From: Gnetum montanum
Lineage: Eukaryota > Plantae > Gnetophyta
NCBI GenBank assembly: GCA_015680685.1
Contig: MNCI01000064.1
Span: 1-59,031, forward strand
Direction: 5' to 3'
DNA: 59,031 nt
Every line of letters starts with the position of its first letter. Position 1 is the stretch's first letter. Position numbers and translations under genes: made by a program. Positions 37,701 through 52,053 of this stretch are shown here, piece after piece. Below the pieces are notes generated by a model. The model searched no databases, was not told the origin of the DNA, and saw only the letters and a program-made list of their open reading frames with translations.

Positions 37701-38984
37701 TTAATTTTGCAAATTTGAAATATGTCTTAAATTTTTCCTCAATTCCATTGTTCTGCAATCCCATGGTAACTTTTCTTTATTGATAATATGATTACTATAA
37801 AAAATTTCAATTCAACTTTCATTGATGTTTCTTTATTTGCTTTTTCTTTTTGGCTGTTTTTAAAATTTCATGAAATTTTCATGTTGCATTGAAATAGGTT
37901 AACAACTCTCTTAGGATTCCCTACCTAAAATATACAATATACATTTTCAAGTTTGGAAACATATGTGCTTCAAGACAGCTTTTACAGGTATTATGTATTT
38001 TTAAACTCAATGATAATTTACTATTAACTGTAACCTTGAACTTTAATTGAGGTATAGGGTTGGATTAAAGTTGCTGAAGCATAATTAGACTAGTTAAATA
38101 GAATACTGAACTATATTATTAAGACAAGGCTAGGATGATGGAAGAAGATGTTCATGACATTACCTGAAGAATGATATAACTTACTTTTGATTATATTATC
38201 TAGTTTTCCTTTTCCAAGACTTTGATCTAGTACATTAACCAAAGTCTATTTTATAGAGGATGAGCACTCATGATATTTTATGATCAATTAATATTTTTCA
38301 TTGGACATAATATCTTACCATTAATTTTGTAGATGCATATAATACTAGCTTAACATTATATTAAGAATATATATTTATAATTTGCCCATTTTAAGCATGG
38401 GTTCCTTCAACCTAGTGAATGCTAATGAAAAGCTAAAGAAAGTAGCATCTTTCTCTTAAAGTTTGCCTTTTCCCTAGGGATCAATCTATTAACTTTTATT
38501 TCAACATTCATGGAACAAAAACTCAACAAAGACATTGAATTTCTATAATTATTATTAATATCATTTTTACTATCAACCATTATAAAAGTCCATTTAAAAT
38601 TATAGTTGAGTGCATAGCTCAAGTGGTAAAATAGGAAGTTCTTGTTGAACTTAAACATACTATTATATTCTACTTGCATTTTATCAAAGTATTATGTTGA
38701 TTGTATGGTCTAAGGGTTAATATAGTTGATGTTTTTGACAATCCCTAAAATTATAATTTAAAAAAATTGAATTAATAGAAATATATATCCATAATTAGTG
38801 TGATATAGTTACAAGATGTGGGGGTAAGATTTGTAGCACATCCTTCCTTCCACTTTAAGATCAAAGGTTTACTTAAAACAAACATAACCTAGGAACTACT
38901 AACACTAGAAATAATAATACCATGGTTACTAACTATGTTAATTATACAATTGGTTTACTAAGGGTCGTCATTTGGAGTAATAAT

Positions 38985-39128
38985 ACAATGTTAGTTTTTC
39001 ACATTGTAAGTTGTAGTTCAAGCCTCAACACAACCATTCAAAAAGAAATTAGGCTCTTGCTCATCCACAAACCCTCCTAAGAATTAACTTGGTAGGTAAG
39101 CACTCAGCCATTAGTGATGCTCCTTGTC
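38985..39128 (+). mobile_element. tRNA-derived SINE (family A)
   Basis: TAGTTCAAGCC-CAACACAACCATTCAAA...TTGCTCATC...GTGATGCTCCTTGTC aligns with the reverse complement of 17793-17910. Confidence 0.6.
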
Positions 39129-39299
39129 AAAGAATTTTTCTTATTGCTTTTCTTTAAAAAAATAAAATTGTAAAATTTTAATAGTTATCATAGACAAAGT
39201 TCTAATAGGTGTGAAGATAAGAAAAACTAAATATAGATAAATAATGTAAAAGTAAAATATAATAAATAAAAAGTTTAGAAGAAAACATGTCAGTCATAC

Positions 39300-40300
39300 C
39301 TTAATAACCAAATAATTAATTAACACAATTATTTAAAAACTAGTTATTGTCTTTTACTATTTATAGGAAACATAATGAACATATCTTGTCTTCATTTTGT
39401 ATATTATTCTATCTTCTAGCTTCAACCTGGAGGTAGTGTGATCCTACTCTTAATCTACTAATTAGTGCTCTTATGGTTATTGAAATAGATGCATGTAGAT
39501 ATTCTACTTCATCATGCCTCATTTTGTATCTCTCTAAAACTCTCTTTTAACAAGTTTTCAATCTTGTTCTAAATTTATTATTACATTAATATTTTCAATA
39601 TCCCATTTTTGTAGCTACAATTTTCTTTCATAGCACTATGTCCATCAGTAAGACTTTTGAATGATCTATTCTAATATCTTAATGCTATTTTTATTATTTA
39701 GATAGAATTTTAAGACTTGATATATTGCTTTAGTTTCCAATGGAAAAAAAAATTAGTTGCTAATAAAAATACTGCATATAGAACTTGAGCTTTCACCTTA
39801 CCACCAACAAGAGGTGTTATTAAAGTTTTTCAATGTTTCTCAACAATTTCTAATCAAGAACTGAATCCCACACTACACATGTATAAATCCCTATATGTTA
39901 TACAATTTTTTGAAAAACATATTTTTAAATTGTCCAAATTTAAATATTATGAGTGATACGCTTATTTTTCATAGTTATTTGCAACTCACTATGATATACA
40001 ATGCTTCCACTTATAATTTTAAGAGTATTTTACCTATAAATGTCTATGTATCTTTACAATCTCATGTGTTTCATTATTTAGCTAGAAAGTATAATCTCTT
40101 TTATTAGTTCTACAAATTAGCACTTTGGTTTTGTCAACATTCAACTTTATTTATATATATCTATAGAATTTTTTTACTTAATACAACATTGATTTTAATG
40201 TTTAATGAGTGATAAGTATGTCCATTGCCCAATCATTTGAATCTACAAGTATTTCTAGTAGATCATGTCATAATCTATTGATAAGCTAGGAGGAACATCT
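39300..40300 (-). mobile_element. Non-LTR retrotransposon (LINE) ORF2 C-terminal fragment, RTE-X-like
   Basis: Minus strand LNVDKTKVLI (late RT, ~40120-40150) and IRALISRLRVGSHYLQVEARR...EDKICSLC (~39370-39480). Confidence 0.7.
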
Positions 40301-40479
40301 AGAGTAATTGTAGTATATCACAATTTGATATCTTCCCAGTCACATTCATAGTGGTTTCACTTTGTATGATTAAAGGTTGATATATGATTAATGATATTTC
40401 TTGGCCCATATTACTCATAATAGAAAATTACTAAAAATAGAAATTAATTTAAATTACAAATAACTACATTTACAAGTAA

Positions 40480-43400
40480 TATAAAGTTCTAAAGTAATGA
40501 GGATCACTCTATCAACTCTCTCAACCACACTCTTGGATTTATATGTTAACTATTGAGCAACTAAGCTAGTTCACTATTGGATATACCAAATTAACTAGTT
40601 GTTGATTAACCAAGTTAATCATAATTAGAACCCAAGGTTTCAATGTACGTATTCAATTTTTACTAATGCAACGACATGTAAATAAAAACATTATAAAAAT
40701 TAACTATTTAATATACTAAATTAAAGTGTTGAAAATGTAAATCTAATTTAAGTTAAAGTGTTGCAATGTGAAGAAATCAATCTCTATCTTTATTATCATT
40801 GATGAGTACATCCAGGCATAACCACTCAAATAAAGTTCTAGCACAAATAACTTAGATGTTACAAGCACTTACCAACTGTTACCAAATAAAACTATAAGCA
40901 TTTGGCTACTTTTAACTAAAACTATGAATAACACCATAATGGCTTGCATATTTATAGTCGAAGTTTTAGGGTTGTATCAATGAATTTGTGTTTACACATC
41001 CTAATGTGTCAATGTAGTGATTAATAGAAAATCATATTTTCTCAATTTTCAAGATAAGACCTATGCTAGCATTTATCTTTAAGTTGTACAAAATGGACAA
41101 AGTCTAATATAGAAAGCATTGGGCAACTAAGACTAAACTAAGTACATGACTATAAATGTCACATTTCCCAAAATTTTAAAGTGGTCAACCTTTTTAAAAA
41201 ATTTACATCATGAAAAAATAATTACAAATAGTTGATTGAAGATATTAAAATCTTAGTGGCATGGCATCCTTATCCTTTTTCTAAAACTTATTCTAAGACT
41301 AATGAGAAATTTAGCTTGAGTTTCACACTCTTGACCAGGTGCCTCTCTTGAATTTTCATCTTCCATACTTTATGAGACCTCAAATACTAACTTTATTTCT
41401 AGTTCATTATTACTTCCTTCTAATTTTGCATGTTATTGCATAGGTACACAAGCTATCTTCTAGCTTAACTCTATCGATCTTTTATGTGTCATCTACATTA
41501 GAAACCAATATAACGATTAATTTTTTTTTAATTCTAAGACCATTTTTATCACAATTACAAATTACATACACTTCTTGGATAAAATACATATATAAATTAA
41601 ATTTTAAGTATCATGAATTGTAAAGCATTAAATTCATATCATTTACCTTAATTTATATTTTTTGTATATTAGAAATTTTTAAAAAATATTTTAAATAAAT
41701 TTGATTTTCCTCTTCCCTATGATGAAATTACAACTTTGGTGTGAGTTGGTGCAGAATTTGTAAAATATGATATTTTATGTTTAGAGGGTAAGGCTTTGCA
41801 AGGAAAAATGAAAGATTTTCAAGATTAAATAAGCCACATAGGATCTTCAAACTTTTCTAATGATAATGTAACCTATCATTCATAAAAGCTATTAAAGTAG
41901 GTTCCTTCCCATAATAGACTTTTGCTTTCTTACCCTTGGATAATCACCAACCAAGATGTCTATACATACCCTAGTAGTTTAATGTCAACCAAAAATTCAA
42001 AAATAAAAAGAATGCCCATAGGTCATTTACAATTATTCATTCCATATTATCACAATATTAGAAATAATAACTTACATTGGATTAGTTAGGTGATACGATG
42101 AGAGAGATATGTTAAAACAAAGATCATTATATATGTGATATTCATTGATCGATTATATACATTAAAACATATCACTATATGTTTAAGATTAAATAATCAG
42201 ATAATATATGCTAGTTTAAGTTTACGATTTAGGTCGCTATTGCTTCGTAATTATCTAAATATCTTGAAAATAACCCTCTTGTTACAACTTACTATCTTTT
42301 AGAGCATCATGCCATATACTAAACAAGCTAAATAAGTTACTATAAGATTTGTCATTTGATCCCCTTTAGGCTAAAGATTATCCTCCTAAAAGAATAATAT
42401 GACTTTTAATTTTAGCATTCATTCCTCCTATTTCTAGAATGAGAAGAAATATTTTTTGAAAATACTTCACCTACTAAGCTGAAACAATGAAGCCACTTCT
42501 AGTTCATTCATTTAGAATAATTAGCATTGGTTAAGCTATCCAAACAAGAGGGAAGATGACATGACAAGATGGCATAGTATGAAAAAAACAAAGATGAAAC
42601 TAGGGGACTTCATTTTTCACATATACAATATAGTTCTTTTTATTAGGTTGATTCTAGCTAGAAGAGGGAAATTACTAAATGAAGTAGTCTTGCATGTCAT
42701 AAGGCATACTATCAAGTGTAAATGAGATGATCCTGAGGTTTCCTTTATACTTGTGTATTATGCAATGTTAGGGTTAATGAGCTTAATCACATAACCAGCA
42801 TAATGAGGGTTGACCAAGTTTTTCTATGAGTGAATAATAGGGAGCATATGTCATAATTGGGAATGAAGTAGTTTAGGAATGAACAGTGACACCTTGAGCA
42901 AGCACCCCCATGCTAGTGCCAATTGTTGCATGAATATGCATCTCTCGGGATGGACTACAATTCTAACTAGGATATGGCTAACCAGATAAAAAGTATATAA
43001 TGTATAAGTGCATGTGATACTGTGGGGGTCATTACTAAAGTAAATATAGTAACACTAACTAAAGCATCATGTAATAGTGAATATGTGTGATAGCAATGTT
43101 CACCAACAGTAAATAGTAGGGGGTGCATGCATCTTCAAGAACCTAAATACACATACTAATATACTCAATTAGGGTGACCTCTTTTTCCCCAAGTAATCTC
43201 AACTAGTTCCGATTATACTACATAACCAAAAAACTTGGCATAAAAGCTTAGAAGTAGATACATCATCTGCATGGTCATCTCTGTAGATCCATCATGCGCA
43301 TTTACATTTCCTAGTGCCTAAGATCTTGGAGGTGTAGATGAAGGATATAGAATTCATGAAGAAGATGTAGGAACTATGTAGGTAGTAGAATGAGTTCATA

Positions 43401-44050
43401 TGTTGTTGGGTAACCTAGGAGTGAGCAACAAACTAGGAAAGCATTATTTCTCCAAGAACATCACAAGAAAAATTGTTGGTATCATGCTGAAGGGAAAGCC
43501 CCTAAACACCATCACACACATATGCACAAACGTTGAGATGCTATCTTACCCACTAGAAGGGATAAGATGATAGTCATGATTAGACATAGTAGTCTATCTA
43601 GTGATTTCCATCTAAGTGCAAGAGCTATATACGACTTTGTCTATCTCTCAACATGTCAATCATACCTGGTAGTTAATAAGATACTATAAATGCTTAGGCT
43701 AAAGTTGGGTTCTGCATAGCTCTATGGCCCTAGGCTTTGCTTTTTCCATCTACCCATCTAGCAACCTATGTTTCCTTAGGACCAAGATTTTTTTGTAAGT
43801 CCTTACCATAGGATACAAATCAAAATATAAAGGCAAAGTCCTTAGGTGTATGGGTTGTGCGAGAGGTGATCATACCTTCTTTGGATGATCGGTCCTAGTA
43901 GAGGGAAAAGCCAAACTTGGGCAGCCTAAGCCTTCATGAGTGGGAAGGTCCCCAATGCATCCCCTCTATTTGCATTAGATGTGCTCTCTTATGTGGTCAC
44001 TCATAAATCCAAAATTTTTAGCCCACCTTCACAGCCTCCTTGGCACCTAC
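40480..44050 (-). mobile_element. Decayed Athila-like 3' LTR (~40480-41035) and adjacent 3' internal region
   Basis: LTR motifs (AAAGTGTTGCAATG, CACTCAAATAAAG, ATTTATAG). The pre-LTR block TT.ATC.T.AAGTTGTACAAAATG at ~41070 is shared with ~45615 and ~52962. Confidence 0.55.
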
Positions 44051-44764
44051 AACTAAGGATATATTCAATTTCAAGAATACTTAGTAATATTTTTAATAAT
44101 GTTTTTAAAACTCAGCATGTATATTTCTACTATCTAATATAAAATTTCAGTTTTAATTTTAGTTTCAGAAGGATCAAAAGAGTTTTTAAATATAGTTATT
44201 AAGATTCTAGAAAATTGATAAAACATCATATTTTGCATGTCAAAAGGTTTGTTAGAAAATATGCAATAGAAAAACTAAGACTTCCAACATTGAGCACAGT
44301 TATACACAAGAGGAAGAAACCAAACACCAAGATAGCCTTCCTAGGAATGTGGATGATCTATTTTTTATTACAAACATGGAATGCCTTGGTATATAAAGCA
44401 CTAAAAACTTGGCAAAACAAAATAAATGTAAAACTAAAAGTTCATCACTCTTCATAACTAACTACAATGAGTGAGTAACTAAAGCTATTATTTATTACTT
44501 AATCACAACTACCCACAACCATGAATATTATATAAAAACCATCAATTATTCATAACCATGATCTTAAGACTTATAATTATACTAGGTTGACTGTAATTTC
44601 TAGTAGAACCAATGTATAGGTTTAATGCAATGATTGTAATCTTTAAACAAACTTTTTAAAATTCTTTGAATGCAATGATTTGATGAAACTATCCGCCATT
44701 TGATCAAGAGTGTTGATATAAACTAGCTCTATAAATCCTTTACAAAATTCATGTCTTATATAAT

Positions 44765-45594
44765 AGATAAGTGGAAATGTTGTCCCTACGTCCAACCATA
44801 CAAATTACAAGCATTCGTGCATGACCTAATCATAATCTATGAACTAGACTCGCATGGATTCTAGATAGTTAAACGTTAATTATAGGTTCTTATCTTTCTA
44901 ATCATACTTGTGTTGGCCTTAATTCATATGATTAAGTGTAATTAAGGTATATGATTGTTGATATTTTTTATTCATATTAAAATATAGAAATTTATCTATT
45001 TAAACTAAGATGTAATGAAATAAATTGAAAGCTAGTCTACATAATGAGCATCTATTCCCAATTGATCATACACATCCTAAACTTATGCTTACATTGCTAA
45101 TTACCAAGTGTTCACTATTGGGCTCATCAAATGATAATTTAATTATGCTTGAAATTTTTCGTACTCATTCTCTATGTTTAACATACATTCTAGAATTAAA
45201 ATATTAACTAGATTTATGAAAGTAAATAAAGTGAAAGTATGTTACTAATAAGAAAATATTAAACTAAGTTAAAGTGTTGCAATAAAGGTCAATTAATTTT
45301 GATCTTATTGTTATCATGAATTATATCTAATTACAATATCACTTGAACTAGACTCCATTCAATTAATTTAAGCTCATGAAATGAACACTTGCTAATTTTT
45401 ACTAAGGCTATGAAATCAAACTAATAGAGTTTTCCTACTATGATGGTCAAATAGTGCATTTAATATGGTAAGTGAGTGGTATTATTGGCATTACCTACCC
45501 TAGATACATCACATCTATGATATTATATGAAAGTATATGATATCACATGATATCATAGGTGCAATGTTGCATACAACTAACTAGCAGTTCATCA
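44765..45594 (-). repeat. Athila-like 3' LTR
   Basis: Colinear with 57456-58284; ends TTCATCA at 45594; followed on + by the conserved pre-LTR block. Confidence 0.8.
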
Positions 45595-48500
45595 TGCCCT
45601 CATGACTAACTAAAAACTTATCCTCGATTTGAACAAAAATGGGATAGAGTCGATTACAAAATTATGAAGGCACATAAACTAACTAACTAATTAACTAAAA
45701 TACCACATTACATTATTTATACAAGTAATTTCAAAGTGACAAAGCACTAAACATACATCAAAAATAATTACAAAACTTACAAGTCTTCAAAAACTTTCTC
45801 CAATAGCAAGGTCTTATGTTGTACCTAGTCATGGTGACTCATCCTACCATGGTGATTCCAGTGGTTAATTAACAACATTTCCAACCATATGAAAGTGGTT
45901 TAGTAGGGCTTGATACTTATCTATATCTATCAATGAATCATTAACATTCTAAGCCAATTAGGATAGAATTATTCTTGTTGGGACTTTTCATGCACATGGC
46001 AAATTTAGAAACAATTTGTTTGCTCAAACAAACTAAGTAGAAAATAGCTTGCACTTAACATCAAATGTTCTAAATTTCTTCTTGAGATCCAAGTAATTCA
46101 GCACTCTTTTTGCTAGATCCTCTATGACATCCCATTATTTTGTGTAGNACACTCTTTTTGCTAGATCCTCTATGACATCCCATTATTTTGTGTAGTGGGT
46201 TTAGAGGATTTCTAACCCTACAATTACTACTTGAGGTTTTTTCTTTGTTTTAGTGCAAATTTTATTCTAATTTTCAAACATTACAAATGTTGTTGCTACT
46301 TATTTCTCCACTTCATTCCTTAGATGACTAACTATCAACATGATAACATTAGCAAACCTAATGCTAGTAAGCACCATGTAGTGGGTCATTTCTTCTATGT
46401 ACAAATGTTTGAACTTGATGTGTCCTTTATGTACTACTGAGATTTTTTAAAAGATACTATTCCAAGTAGCATCGAGATATTGTTGTAAAGCAATATTAAT
46501 ATGGACTTTAGTTACCATAATTTCCTTTTGAAAATCCAAATGATTCTTTTAATATCTTTTAAGCATGTCTTGTTTAGTATTCTCATTGTTACATATCCTA
46601 ATCTCTATTGCGAACCTCTGCCACAATGCTCTAAGCTGTATCATTTTCTAGTTTTTACAAACTAACTTCTCAATGTCAACATCAATGTTTACAAACTATT
46701 CATAGAGATGAATTAGCTCATTTTCTAACTACTCTTTCTCTTTGGCTACTAGTCTTAACCTTTGTTTTTCTTATGTCGATCCTTTGTTTTCCTCCTTTAA
46801 CATGGTGACATTAATTCATAGTTTATTGTACTTATTTAATTTTGAATTGTCCAAGCAACTTTGGAACTACAAACCTAGTTAGGCCTTACAATTAAGCATA
46901 AAGTTTCAGCACCTTGTCTTCTAACTATCACACTTTTAATTCTACATGCTACGATTAAGCCTTTATTAGCATTAATTTCTTTTTGGTCAAGATCAATTCA
47001 AATTACACCAATTTCATATTTGTAGGAATTTTAAAAATGTATTAAATAGTCTATCCAATTTTTAGTAACAGATTCAAAAGTATCTTCTTGTTGTTTCACA
47101 CTGATGCTTCATTTTTCTACCCCACCAATACTAGTAGATACCTAAACATCTTGCATCCCAGTGAGATCAAGAATGGATGTTGTTGAGACATTCAAAGCTA
47201 TACTAATGTGACTAGCCACATCCTTTGCCACATCTTCTTGGCCTTCATGAGGCATGACCAAAATTATGATCCCATCATTTGACACAAAGTAACTTGGAAT
47301 GCAACAACATTCCCAGAAATTTGATTTCTCTAGTTACTTATTGTAAAATTTAGTGAGATCTATCTAATGCCAAGATTCATAGATACTTTAAGTTCATTCT
47401 AGATACACTTAACAACTATTGAAAGTCTTTTGGCCTGCAACTCATAACCGTGACATTTCTTGTAGATGCCTCATGGCTTGTCAATAGGCCCTAAGATCTA
47501 CTCTAGGAATATATGTACTAGAACCTACACTGCAGGTTTCTACTACTAGACAGTGTGCTTTGTGAATCTTCTATGTTTGGAGGTGCTTCTCCTATCCTTC
47601 ATGGTCAACATTGGTTTAATCATCTTAGTATATGATGCATTTGGAGCTATTTTGGCTACGTCATTTGTATACCTAAGCATTCTGACTCACTTGCAAAACT
47701 TTCTAATAAGACAAGGAAATGTAAGTCTTAGCTTGTCTAATTACTTCTCCTTGAATCATCTCTCATTTTTCAAGAAAATAAAATGAACCAAGTTTGCCAA
47801 ATAAGTTCCATAAAGAATGAATCTTACCCTTGTTGCATAAGTCAATATTCTATTCAAGTGCTTTATGGAGGGAATGTGTTACATCCCTATTTTGAAATAT
47901 ATCTTCTCAACTAGAGATAAGGATCCAAATGCCTTGCTTTTGTCTCTATAGGCTCTTTCCAACCATAAATTGTTTGTCTCTCTATTAGACCTAGTAGACA
48001 ATGCAATTATTTTTGTACCAATGTTAGGAATTCCAATGCTACAACAATGGCCTCAATAAAATATGACGTTCAAAATCCTTTGATCTTGTCTATTGTGTGA
48101 AAACTAGTATGTTTGTCCAAGGAATCATTCTCTAATAATTGAAACTTTGGCTAGAATGAAGAGGAATGTAAGTGTTTCCATACCTCATATGGTGCAAATT
48201 CTAGAAATGACCTAAAATTAAGTTTAGTCATAACACTAGCCATGAGTATTTTATCTGTGATTATCTACACACATTCACTAGTGAGTGTAAGCTATCTTCT
48301 TACTTCAAGTACTCATGATATCACATCTCCCTATGTGGCTATTAAGTCTATGGTATAGGCTATTGCATCATTTTGAATTGCACTTCTGGTTCTTCTCAAG
48401 ATTGTCCTTATACACAAGCTTGTTATAATTATTCTCTATCATCTTTGCTTCCTCTTCCTCTATCATGCTCTCTTCTTTGTCTTTCCTTGTGTGGTTATGA

Positions 48501-51500
48501 GGGTCTTCTAACTTTAAGAACTCACTTGGGTACCATCTATAATCACCAAAGATCAATTATTAGTCTTCCAAATATTTTTCATCATGAATTTCTCTAATCC
48601 TTTAGATTTTAATCAAAACTAGGAAAATATGGTATTCAAGGTATAAGGAAATTATGAAATATTTTTCCCTACACTTTAAGGTAACTAGTTCATCCATTTA
48701 GTTCATTACATTTTACTATTTTATGTAATGAAGGATAAGGAGAAGCACTATCAATGTACATCACAATGTAACGAAATGAAGTCAAAAGGGATTGTAGAAA
48801 TGGGACATGACGTGCCTTACCATAGTTGGAATAGATATTTAGTGTGGATCATAATTAATAATGATCACCACACCCATTTATTAAGATTCCAAACCAAGTC
48901 CATATCTCTTGCAGTGATAGTGCATTGCATTATCTTGGGCCCACCACTATGAGACCAATTCATCAACCATGTTGAAATATAATCACATAATTAAGAAAAT
49001 ATTGGAAAATGTGCATTATAATCATTAGAAATAATTAATTAGTCATTATTTTTAATGTATTGACCTTGGCCATTGGTTAAAGAAGCACATTTAGGAATGG
49101 GTCACTTGTCTTTCCAATCTCATAATCATTGCTAATCTTATCAAAGAAGTACCTTTAGGCATGTGTCACATCCTTTTTCAATCACATAATAAGATTAGTT
49201 AAAGAGACCGTAAGATTCTTAGAAGTAGCCTACCTTTAGGCATGGATCACATGTCTTTCCAAATGTACCCTAAGAATGGCTTCTTTAGATATTAATTAAT
49301 TCTTTAAGTTATTACTCTTACCATAGAAAGACATTTGAGCATGGATCTCATGCCTTTCTAGTGACATAATAAGGAAACAATTGTATTCAAATAATATTTC
49401 CTAATAGAAATAAAAAATATAAGTGATAATGTATCATCATGTGAATAGTGGAGCCTATGGTTGAAGTCCAGGAAATCAACAAATTCCTTTAAACTTACAC
49501 CCTTATCAAACCTCTTAGTCTTTTCTCCTTTCTTCAACATATATGATCACAAGTTATTTTTAGTCTCACATGTGATGAGGATGACATTACTCCCATGATA
49601 AGGATCTCTTATTAATGGAAATAAAGAGATGAATGATATAATCTCATTACTTTTCATGTTTGGAAATGAACACCCCAAAACTTATAAAAACTTTCAACCA
49701 AGCATCAATGATATCATTTTTGGTGATCAACCTACTTTATCTACTCTCTTTTCTTGCATTTGAAAGTGTCTTCGGCTAATTTTCTTCTACTCTATTTGGA
49801 AGCTTCGATGTGTAATTGTTTTTTGATAGTAAGAGCATCACTATGATCTTTCTTTAGGAGTATGTACTTTTTAGCTATAGCTTCAAGAAAAAAATCTTTC
49901 AATGAAATTTAAACAATTAATGCAAGCTAAAGACTTGGAATGACTCCTATTTCAGATATGTTACAAGAATGGTGACTTAGATGATTTGAACATGTGCAAA
50001 GAAGATTAGACAATGAGCCTATAAATAAAGGTTCCAACATCACTATTCTAGGAAAGCCATTGGAAGGAAGACCAAAGAATACATGGGAAAAAATGATCAA
50101 AGATGATTTAAAGAAACTACAAATAAACAAGGATTTAGCTCTTCGTAGAGACAAATAATGAAAAAGAACTCATGTAACCAAATCCATGTTGGTGGAACAA
50201 AGCTAGAATGATGATGATGAGAATTAATTTATTTTTGCTTTGAAGGCTTAAGGATTATAAGCTTTTAGGTTTTTTTGTTATTTATTCATTTTTTTCTAAT
50301 TAATGTGTTCTTTTTCGTTTTCTTTATAAGAAACCTTATAGTAAGAATTGAAAACTTGTGAGGGTGCTTACAATGAGAGGAAGGCATAATCCTTTTCCTA
50401 CCCCAAAGAAAAGGTTTTTCAAGATTAGTTGTAAGAACAAAAACATAAAATGTTATTCCCAAAACCATTAAACATTTCCTATAGGTTCACTCTTTGTTGA
50501 TATGTTGTCCTTTGCATTTTTTTTAATATTAGTATTCTTTTTTTTTGTCCTACACCCCACCCTACCCCCTTTTCTATAATTATTCCTTCAATAATTTAAT
50601 AGCATAGAATATAATTGCAATTCATACAAACAATTGGAAGCTTTTTTAAAGAATATCTACAAGATGATTCAAAGAAATTGTAAAATTATAAAAGAAAGTA
50701 TAAAATAGTAAGAAATGAAAAAAAACCATATGAAGAAATAGAAGATGAAAAAGAACTTGAAAATATTCAAAAAATTAAAAAATTTTAAGAAATTATAAAA
50801 TAATAAAGTGTAAAATAAAAAGGTAAAAATGCACTCAACTCAAAACAAGGGATCCCCCTTGAACCCTTCTCGCCTCCCTCTTCCTCCACACACACACACC
50901 ACACCCCCCGCCCTCGGAACTCCCTAGGTGCCCCCAAAATGACTAAGTTTCAAGTAGGAAAGGCAAAAAATGGATTTTACAACATTAGTTGAAGTTTTTG
51001 AGACATTAGTTTCACAAGATTCTCAAAATCACTTAATTTGTTATATGTTCACTAGGATAAGTTTATGTGCATTGGATAAGTGGTAAATTTGTAAGGTATT
51101 AGACCTATAAATCATATGAAGTATGGTCCTTTCCAAAGAATTTGAAATTTAGTACATTGGAGTATATGATGTGGGTTATAATAGAGAACCTTGTTACCTA
51201 GTTGGCCATTAAGATATCTAATCCTAAAGTTGTACCTATGATTATTATAGACATTATGCACTTCATTATCCATGAGGACAATCATTCTATTTTTTCTTAG
51301 CATATTTAAATTCATTAATTATACACATTATGCTAACGTAAGGTCTAAGTTTAATTCATACGCAATATTAAGTTTATAAAGCTCTGTTTGAATTAGCAAT
51401 TTGAGTAGTTTTCCATATACTAGCTTGTAAGAATCTTAACCAATAGGAACTTTCCAAGTTAACCTATAGGCTATAGTGCATCATTGAGTTTGGTGCTATT

Positions 51501-51915
51501 GTCTTTCATATATTTATAAAAAATGCTTGTTAATATGTCTATTATCTCATAGTTTGTGACTTCAACTTGACCATTAGCTTAGGTATGATAAGGTGCTATT
51601 AGTTTGTGATTTGCCCCTAAGTGTTGCATCAACTTATTAAATGTTACCATTTTAAAATGTGTACCATTGTCTAATATTAGTGCACATAACACACCAAACC
51701 TATTTAGTACCTATTTCTCAAAGAAATTAGTGATAGTTATTGTAGTGCAATTAGTAACTATAACTGCTTTTTTCCATTTTGTAAAATAATCTATAGTAAA
51801 ATAATGTAATATTTGTCATTCAATGAAGGGGTGATGAAATCCATGAAGTTAATTCCCCATAAATCAAAAGGCTATCCATTTTTGTGGTCTCTCAAAATGA
51901 TTTGCTACCTTACCA
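45595..51915 (-). mobile_element. Athila-like 3' internal region and integrase (integrase ~51100-51915)
   Basis: FDLWGINFMDF...KYYII...QKWKKA integrase core and KVLYYN...KFQILWKGPYFI (GPY/F domain), then a long extra region up to the LTR. Confidence 0.75.
49922..50221 (+). mobile_element. RTE-clade LINE 3' fragment
   Basis: LGMTPISDMLQEW-LR-FEHVQRR...GRPKNTWEKMIKDDL...LALRR; (GAT)n tail; candidate TSD AATTAAT at 49915-49921 and 50222-50228. Confidence 0.85.
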
Positions 51916-51954
51916 TCGCAGAAATTATTTTCAATGCCCAACCATACAGAAATG

Positions 51955-52053
51955 GAAAACAATTTCTGCTCATCATCTCGTTATTTCTAACCATACAAAA
52001 TCATGGAAAATTATTGGTTAGAAATAACGAGATGATGAGCAGAAATTGTTTTC
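51955..52053. repeat. Perfect 39-bp inverted repeat with 21-bp spacer
   Basis: GAAAACAATTTCTGCTCATCATCTCGTTATTTCTAACCA (51955-51993) and its exact reverse complement (52015-52053). Confidence 0.95.

Noticed and set aside
38180-38800. Possible MULE transposase remnant (VEGTHA motif on minus strand)
   Set aside because: A single short motif amid many stops; no TIRs seen.
46102-46195. Perfect ~46-bp tandem duplication
   Set aside because: The copies flank a single N (46148), the typical signature of an unmerged contig overlap.
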